Assembly (NCBI GenBank): GCA_000004695.1
Contig: CM000151.3
Location: 7,680,001-7,744,000, forward strand
Length of the DNA: 64,000 bases
DNA from: Dictyostelium discoideum
Taxonomy: Eukaryota
Reading direction: 5' to 3'
A program made the position numbers and the translations under genes. Positions 56,701 to 64,000 of this stretch are shown in pieces. A model generated the notes under the pieces. That model did not search any database and was not told the origin of the DNA. It worked only from the letters and a program-made list of their open reading frames with translations. Position 1 is the first letter of the stretch. Every line of letters starts with the position of its first letter.

Positions 56701-58100
56701 CTTTTGATTTAAATGATAATGAAGATGAAATTATTATTGAAGATAATTCTCCAATGGATATTAGTACTACTACTACTACTACCACCACCACCACTACAAA
56801 TAATGCAGTTAAAATAACTAATATCACCACAGATATTGAAATGAATGAAAGTAATAAAGAAGAAAATGATAAAATTGAAAAAGAAAGAATTGAAAAAGAA
56901 AAAGAATCAAAAAGATTAAAATTATTAGGTGAACGTTTTGCAAATGAACATGTTGTAAATCAAATTCATAGAATTACTAAAACTCAAATCGAATTATTTT
57001 TAGATATTTGTTTAGATAAGTACAGTAGAGCTAGAATTGAACCAGGTACAGCAGTTGGTGCAATTGGTGCTCAATCAATTGGTGAACCAGGTACTCAGAT
57101 GACTTTGAAAACTTTCCATTTTGCTGGTGTAGCTTCTATGAATGTAACATTGGGTGTACCTAGAATTAAAGAGATTATCAATGCCGCTAAAAACATTTCA
57201 ACTCCGATCATTACCGCAAGTTTAAATTGTGACTATGATATTAGATCTGCAAGAATTGTAGCTGGTCGTATTGAAAAGACTACATTGGGTCATGTTGCAA
57301 CACACATTAAAGAGGTGGTAAAAAGAGCAGGTTGTTATCTTTCAATTAAAATCGATAAAAACTTTGTAGATTCATTACAATTGGAAATCAATTCAAAAAC
57401 TATCAGTCAATCAATTGCCTCCACCAAAGGTTTGAAATTAAAACCCGAACAAATCACTACCAATGGTGATTACAAACTTAGAATCGTACCTCCAGCCAAT
57501 ATCAGAGAGGGTTCTTTATATTATTTACAATTCTTAAAGAATAATTTACCAGCAGTAATTGTTAAAGGTATTCCAACGGTCAATCGTGTTGTCATTTCAA
57601 AGGTTGATGAAAAACAAGAACGTTATCAACTTTTGGTCGAAGGTTATGATTTACGTGCTGTAATGGCTACACCTGGTATCAAAGGTACTCATACAACTAG
57701 TAATCATATTATGGAATGTGAAAATACTTTGGGTATTGAAACAGCTCGTAATACCATTATGTCTGAAATCGATATGATTATGACAAGTCATGGTATGTCC
57801 ATCGATATTCGTCATGTTATGTTATTGGCTGATCTCATGTCTTTCAAGGGTGAAATCTTGGGTATCACTCGTTTCGGTATCGCTAAAATGAAGGAATCCG
57901 TACTTATGTTGGCTAGTTTTGAAAAGACTACCGATCATCTTTTCGATGCTGCCGTACATCACCGTCAAGATGATATCGTTGGTGTTTCTGAATGTATCAT
58001 TATGGGTGTTGTTATTCCTTTGGGTACAGGTTTATTCAAATTACTCCGTAAATCAAATAAAAATAATTTACCAAAGAAATCTTTACTCTTACAAGATTAA
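53653..58100 (+). CDS. rpc1: DNA-directed RNA polymerase III largest subunit (RPC1/POLR3A). Two exons about 53653..53693 and 53789..58100, 1450 aa.
   Basis: MIELLKEDDAPKK|IGHIQFGLLSEDDIVRLSHVQIV...[45 protein letters not shown]...[23 protein letters not shown]...to...GVVIPLGTGLFKLL is collinear with human POLR3A. It has no heptad CTD, which argues against Pol II and for Pol III. The donor is GTAAGT. Confidence 0.95.
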
Positions 58101-58635
58101 ATAAAAGATTAAATAAAAGTAAATAAATATAAAAAAATAAAAAAATTAAAAAAAATAAAAATAACAAAATAAAATGTATTTGTTGAATAAAAAAATATAA
58201 TTCTATTTCATTAAGTTTAATGAATTGTCAATTATAAATAAATATAAAATTATTGTAAAAACTAATTATAGTTTTTGTGAAAATTATAAGTTACAAGATG
58301 TTTTAGAATATGTCCAAAAGATTTTATTTCACCTGAAATTAAACAGTTTTTTTTTTTGTTGCATTACATCTTTTGCTTCCTGAATTATTGTATATTTATT
58401 TTGGGTCGACTGGTTTGGTTGATTTGATTGACTTGATTGGTTCGGATTAGTTTGACAGGTTTGGATTAGTTTGGCTGGTTTCAACATGCAGTGCTCTCCT
58501 CGAAAATACACACAATCCCTACAATATTAACAGATTAATAAAAAAAGGTTGGAAATGTTTGATTACTTTTTGATACCAAAGTCTTGGATTTTATTGTTTT
58601 TGGCTTTTGCGTGTGTCTTCACAAATTCCAAAAGA

Positions 58636-58645
58636 GAATTGAACC
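58636..58645 (-). promoter_or_regulatory. External B-box about 31 bp downstream of tRNA-Leu.
   Basis: Minus-strand GGTTCAATTC copies the B-box consensus outside the tRNA body, the same arrangement as at tRNA-Asp. Confidence 0.6.
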
Positions 58646-58675
58646 TGTGGCTTAAGACACAGGTTCAAAAATTAT

Positions 58676-58757
58676 TGTAAGCTAAGGGATTCGAACCCTT
58701 GTATCAATGATATTGCAGCCTTAATGCAACCCCTTAGACCAGCTCGGGCAAGCTTAC
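58676..58757 (-). tRNA. tRNA-Leu (anticodon AAG), type II with a long variable arm, about 82 nt.
   Basis: The reverse complement reads GTAAGCTTGCCCGAGCTGGTCTAAGGGGTTGCATTAAGGCTGCAATATCATTGATACAAGGGTTCGAATCCCTTAGCTTACA. The acceptor stem is GTAAGCT/AGCTTAC, the anticodon loop TTAAGGC gives AAG, and the T-loop is GGTTCGAATCC. Confidence 0.9.
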
Positions 58758-58969
58758 TTTTTATGAAAATAATTTTTTTTGGTGCATACCGTTTTTTACT
58801 ATATATTTTTTTGTTTTCCAAATATTGCTATCACCAAGAATTTTTTTGTTTATTTAATAGGGTTTTTTATTTAAAAATCAATTGGGGTAATGAAGTTTGA
58901 TAAGAAAAATATTAAAAAAGAGAATAATTGTAATTTTAGAGAAAATTTAAAAAATATAAATTAAATTTA

Positions 58970-59764
58970 TTAAGCAACGCATTTAAAATCACTACAGTTG
59001 ATGAAAGTTTCACCGACTGGGTCAATTCTTTGCCAACGTACTAATAAAACTGAATTGGAGAAACGAGTTGGTAATGAGAGATTGAAAGCATAACCTTTAG
59101 TGGCAGTGCAAGCTGGATGTGAGAAAGGAATATTAGCGGTATTTGGGAAAGTTTGGAACTTTGTTAAGTCTGACCATTTTAATTCAGTGGTAGCTGGGTT
59201 AAAACCTGGGTTGCTTACATAGAATTCCCAATAGCTTGGCTCGTGGGTAGCAGTAGCACAAAAAGTATAAGTGAAATTAACGTGGGTGGCACCTAATGTG
59301 GTTGGAATGTTTGTAACAGTCCATGGGGCGGCAATAGACATACCACTTTTATCATTTGAGGAACTGGTGGCATATGCAGAACATAAAGCAGATGGAACGG
59401 AGGCTTGTAATGCACTATCACCTTGAGCATAGTTTGGGATATTGATTGAGAATTCATTTATTTGAACAAATTGGAATTGTGCGTTATTTCCCTTGTCATA
59501 TACATGTTTGAAAGCTGCTTTACAAGCATCATCAGTAATACCATCACCATTTGCTGGCCACCAAATATTACCTTTTGGACATCTAAAATATAATAAAAAT
59601 TACCAATTTTAATATTTCACTATCTAGTTTATTTATTTTTTTTTTTTATTTAATACATACAAAGTTTGACGGGCCATTGGATAAATTGAATATCCATGAC
59701 CACTAATCAAAGCAACTGAAATCATTGAAACCAATGATAATAATAAGAATTTTGAGATATACAT
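58970..59764 (-). CDS. Secreted AA10-type lytic polysaccharide monooxygenase-like protein (chitin-binding-domain-3 family). Two exons about 59661..59764 and 58970..59582, about 238 aa.
   Basis: Exon 1 is MYISKFLLLSLVSMISVALISG|HGYSIYPMARQT, a signal peptide followed directly by His1-Gly-Tyr, the LPMO N-terminal histidine-brace signature (compare CBP21 HGYVESPASR). The donor is GTATGT and the intron is about 78 bp. Exon 2 is LCPKGNIWWPANGDGITDDACKAAF...MSIAAPWTVTNIP...FSHPAC...VLLVRWQRIDPVGETFINCSDFKC, matching the AA10 C-terminal block (ILAVWdiaDtanAFYqaiDv). Confidence 0.6.
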
Positions 59765-60639
59765 TTTGTTTAAACAAGAATTTTTAATAAAGTATTAAAA
59801 TCAAATCAAATTAATTCCCTTTTATACTTTTTTTTTTCCCAACACGAAAAAAAAAAAAAAAAAAAAAAATTAAATAATAAAAAAAGAAATTTTAAATCAA
59901 AAAAAAAAAAAGGAAAATATCTTTTGTGGAGGAGTTTTGATTATTTGAAAAAAATCTTTAAAAAAAAAAATGACAATTAGTTCGGCTAATTCAAAAAACC
60001 ATGACACGAAAAAAAAAAAATCTAAATTCCAAAATTAATTGGCCATTTTTTTTAATCATAAAATATTAATTAAAAAAAAAAAAAAAATAAAAAAAAAAAA
60101 AGATATTAATGGGGTTTTTCATTTTGTTTGTCTTTTAAACAAAAATGAAAGGGCAAATGGTGACTTTTGGGTCAATAAAAAAAAAAAAATTGTTTAAAAA
60201 AAAAAATAAAAAAAAGTTTTTTTTTATACATCATCTAATTTAATTGAATTAACATTTAAAACTTTTTTTTTTTTTTTTTAAAAAACCATTTTTTATTTTA
60301 TAATTCAATGTTGTTATTTGATTAGCTAATTAAATCACAATCAATCACCAAGATTTTTTTTTTTTTTTTTTTTTCAATAACAGTTTTAAATAATAAACCA
60401 CAACTCAAAAAAAAAGATAAATCTAAAAATTATTTGAAATCATTGATATTAATTCTATTTAATTTTATTTTTTTAAAAATTTATTTTTTTTTTTGGATAA
60501 ATCTTTATTTATTTTTTGTTTTATTTTATTTAAATATTTATTTATTTAAGTATTTATTTATTTATTTAATTGTTTAATTGTTTATTATTAATTTTATTAA
60601 TTTATTTCTTTATTTATTATTTATTATTTGTTTTATTAT

Positions 60640-60675
60640 GTATTTATTCATTTATTCATTTATTTATTTATTAAT

Positions 60676-60715
<40 letters not shown>

Positions 60716-60716
60716 A
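60640..60716. repeat. (TTTA)n microsatellite within a larger degenerate T-rich repeat zone (about 60480..60720).
   Basis: Direct reading: tatttatttatttatt... Confidence 0.9.
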
Positions 60717-61462
60717 ACACAAAATTGAAATAAAAAAACCCAAACACAAGGATTATTTTCAACCCTATTTTTATAAAAAAAATTTTTGGCCCGCCACCGA
60801 ATTTCTTTGGAAAACCACCATAAATTTTCTTTTAAAAAAATAAAATTGCCTGATTAAAAATTAAAAAATTAAATTTTTTAAATTAAAAAAAAAACCAATC
60901 CCAATAGGTTAGATTTTTTAAATTTCCCTCCCAAAAAAATTTTGGTTGGAAATTTTTTTTTTTTTTTTTTTTTTTTTTATTTCACCCCCTAAAATTTTTT
61001 TTTTAAATGAAGGAATGGTTGCGTTTGAAAAAAAAAAATAAAAAATAAAAAATTAAAAAAAAAAAAAAAAAAAACTGAAAAGAATTTTTTTTTTTTTTTT
61101 TTTTACCCAATTATTATTACAAAGTTGTAATTGTTTATGTGTTTATTGCGTTGTATTGGTGTAATCCCGATTCTTTGCAAAGTTTTTAGGCTATAGGTTA
61201 AAATTTAAAAAATTAACATTTATTTAATTATCATTTTTATTATTTATTTCAAACCATTTTTTTTTTTTTTTTTTTCACTTTCAATATTTAATAACCATAT
61301 ACATTATAAAAAAAAAAAAAACTACAAAAACACACAAACACACACACACTAACTCACTCATATATATTTATATATAAACCTACACAAACACAAGCAGACA
61401 AACATAAAATTAATTTATAAAATACAATACATATTAAATTTTTAAAAGAAGGAAGGAACAAA

Positions 61463-61497
<35 letters not shown>

Positions 61498-61602
61498 TTT
61501 AATCACATTTAAATAAATAAAAAAAATAAAAAAACTTATTTTTTATAATTATTTATTATTTATTTATTATTATTACTTTTTCTATATGGTAATAAATAAA
61601 AA

Positions 61603-63942
61603 ATGAATCAATTAAATATATCGCATAATTGGAAAATAAAATCATTTACATCAATTGTAAATATAAAAGAAATTTAAATTAAATATTTTATTTTTTTAAA
61701 AAAACTTTCTAACACACTCAATAAAATTCAAATATAATTTTAGACATTTTGTGATCACTGTGGTAGTATGTTATGGGGTATTTGCACACAAGGATTTCAA
61801 TGCTCCGATTGCAACTTTAGCGCACATTCCCATTGTACAAATTTAGTCACATTACACTGTAATAATAATAAAAATAATAGTAAACCAAATGAAAAACCAG
61901 CAACAATAACAGCAGCAGCAGCATCATCATCAACTACAACTACAACCACTACAGAAACATCAACAAATACAGCAGCATCAACAACAACAACAACAAATAA
62001 TATAGATATTAAAAATAAAGATAAAACACCAACAACATCACCATTTTCATCACCAATTTTATCATCATATAATAATAATAGTGGTAATGAATTTTGTAGT
62101 AATAGACAACATAAATTTCATAAAACATCAAAATCAATTACAAAATTTTGTAATTATTGTAGGGAGACAACATTTACAATCTCTGGTGAACCAGTGATGT
62201 GTAGTGAATGTAGATATATTGCACATGGACATTGTCAAACAAAGGTACCATTAAATTGTATTATACCCTATTCATCACCAATCAATACGATCAATGATGG
62301 TGGTAATGTTAGACATCATTGGGTTGAAGGTAATTTAAAAAAGAGTAAAAAGTGTATACATTGTATGGAACCATGTGAAAAATCATTCTCTTTAGCTCAT
62401 TATAAATGTTTATGGTGTCATAAATATTTACATAGTTCATGTTTTGATAAACATAATCCAATTTGTGATTTTGGTTCATTATCTGATATGATTTTACCAC
62501 CTTCTTCAATTAGATTATTATCAACAACAGCAACTACTACAAATAAAATTGAAAAGTTAATAATTGAAGAACAACAACCACAATTATCATCATCACCATC
62601 TTCACCAAGATTAAATATTAATAATAATAATAATAATAATGAAATTATTGAATGGGAATTAATTGAAAATTCAAATATGCCAGAAAAAGTTTTATTTGTA
62701 TTTGTAAATTCAAAGAGTGGTGGTCAATTTGGTAGTACATTAATTAGAAAGTTATCATCATTATTGAATCCTTTACAAATTATAGATTTAATTAAATGTG
62801 GTGGACCAGATTCAACCTTACAAATGATTAATAGATATTTAGCAAAACATCCAGAACAAACCAATAGATTTAGAATTTTAGTTTGTGGTGGTGATGGTAC
62901 AGTTGGTTGGTTATTTAAACAAATGACAAAACATTTGGTTCCATCAACTATACCCATTGGTATTATACCATTGGGTACTGGTAATGATTTGGCACGTTCG
63001 TTAGGTTGGGGTATTGGATATGATGGTGAAAAGCTAATTGAAATCTTAAAGAGTATAAATGAAGCTAAAACAATTCAAATGGATACTTGGAGTATTGAAA
63101 TGTGGGATGACGATAAACCCGAAGATCGTAGAGTCATCGAAATGAATAACTACTTTAGCATTGGGTTGGATGCAATGGTGGCATTGGGTTTTCATTTAGC
63201 AAGGAATGCAAATCCTCAACTTTTCACAGGTCGTACAGTTAATAAACTTTGGTATACAAAGATTGGTCTTGAGGAATTTGTTACAAAGAATTTCGTTAGT
63301 CTAGCTAGAATCGTTAAAATTAATGTGGGAACTCGGGAAATTAGAGTCGATAGATCCATTGAGGGTATTATCATCCTCAATTTAGGTAGTTATGCTGGTG
63401 GTGTGGACTTATGGGGTGCCAATAGAAAAGATAACCAAACTCATAGTGATGGCACTGGTAATCAGTTTATCGATGATCAAACTTTGGAGATTGTTGGTGT
63501 CACTAGTTTACCCCATTTAGGTAGTTGTTTAAGTTCAATTAGTTCTCCAATTAAAATGGGTCAAGCTGATGAAATTCGTATTCAAGTATCAATGCCTTCA
63601 ATCATTTTAAAGGATAAAAGTAATGAAATTGAAACTGCTTTTCAAGTCGATGGTGAACCTGAACCAATTGAAGTTAGAAATTGTACTTTTAAAATATCTT
63701 TCTTTAAAAAGGTTTCAATGTTATCAAATCGTTCTTTTAAACCTAGAATTGAAAATCATGATTCTGATTTATCAACTTTTCAAATATCTCAATCACCAAA
63801 TCTTTATTCTCCACCTTCTTTTAAAAATCCACCACCAAATTTAAATCAATATCAACAACCACATCAACCACCTCAATCACAACCTCAACCTCAACCTCAA
63901 CCTCAACAATCACTTCAATCACCCCAATCACCAGAACCGATA

Positions 63943-63974
<32 letters not shown>

Positions 63975-64000
63975 CAATAATAATAATAATAATAATAATA
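61603..64000 (+). CDS. dgkA: Diacylglycerol kinase (three C1 zinc fingers plus DAGKc/DAGKa), 5' part only. Exon 1 is about 61603..61656 and exon 2 about 61744..>64000, open at the window end.
   Basis: The first C1 domain is split by a GTAAAT...TTTTAG intron. [18 protein letters not shown]|[35 protein letters not shown] has the exact C1 spacing H-x(10)-C-x2-C-x(12)-C-x2-C-x4-H-x2-C. Two more C1 domains follow ([19 protein letters not shown]...; [19 protein letters not shown]...). Then comes the catalytic domain [21 protein letters not shown]...[14 protein letters not shown]...[19 protein letters not shown]... and the accessory domain. Translation has no stop to position 64000, and the ORF track omits it only because no stop falls in the window. 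Confidence 0.9.

Noticed and set aside
60628-60843. 71-aa ORF (FIYLFIYL...).
   Set aside because: It is translation of the (TTTA)n microsatellite.
62309-62957. Minus-strand ORFs 62309..62509 and 62724..62957.
   Set aside because: They are antisense to the continuous dgkA reading frame (C1 and catalytic domains).

Overview
This window is nuclear genomic DNA of a dictyostelid amoeba, with the hallmarks of Dictyostelium discoideum. It is extremely AT-rich (~75-80% A+T) with long homopolymer A/T runs and (AAT)n/(TAA)n microsatellites. Proteins carry poly-N/Q/S/T tracts, and introns are short (about 80-280 bp), AT-rich, and begin with GTAAGT/GTATGT/GTAAAT. It is not prokaryotic, so there are no operons or CRISPR arrays. 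I reconstructed exon structures by hand from the six-frame track and by back-translating across GT...AG junctions. Exon boundaries should be read as +/- a few bp. The window is gene-dense and holds about 26 protein-coding genes. Those I recognise are VAMP7, a formin (about 1074 aa, likely forG), a METTL25-like methyltransferase, a RUS/DUF647 protein, Atg3, a VIT/CCC1 transporter, a CRT-like transporter, FNIP-repeat proteins, histone H4, an SMCHD1-like GHKL-ATPase/SMC-hinge protein, an MFS transporter, a multi-exon LRR/EGF type-I membrane protein, a small UBL protein, clathrin heavy chain, a CBM49-like secreted protein, mitochondrial ribosomal protein S17, RNA polymerase III RPC1, an AA10-type LPMO-like secreted protein and diacylglycerol kinase. 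There are also two tRNA genes, tRNA-Asp(GUC) and tRNA-Leu(AAG), each followed by an external B-box. The most unusual item is a single polypeptide combining a ubiquitin-like domain, a vWA/MIDAS domain and a divergent Ras-like GTPase with a CaaX prenylation box. Other notable items are an amoebal AA10 LPMO-like gene, an MFS gene whose conserved motif-A codons abut a 64-nt homopolymer with no AG acceptor, a GC-rich candidate structured ncRNA between two convergent genes, and a disrupted FNIP-repeat pseudogene.
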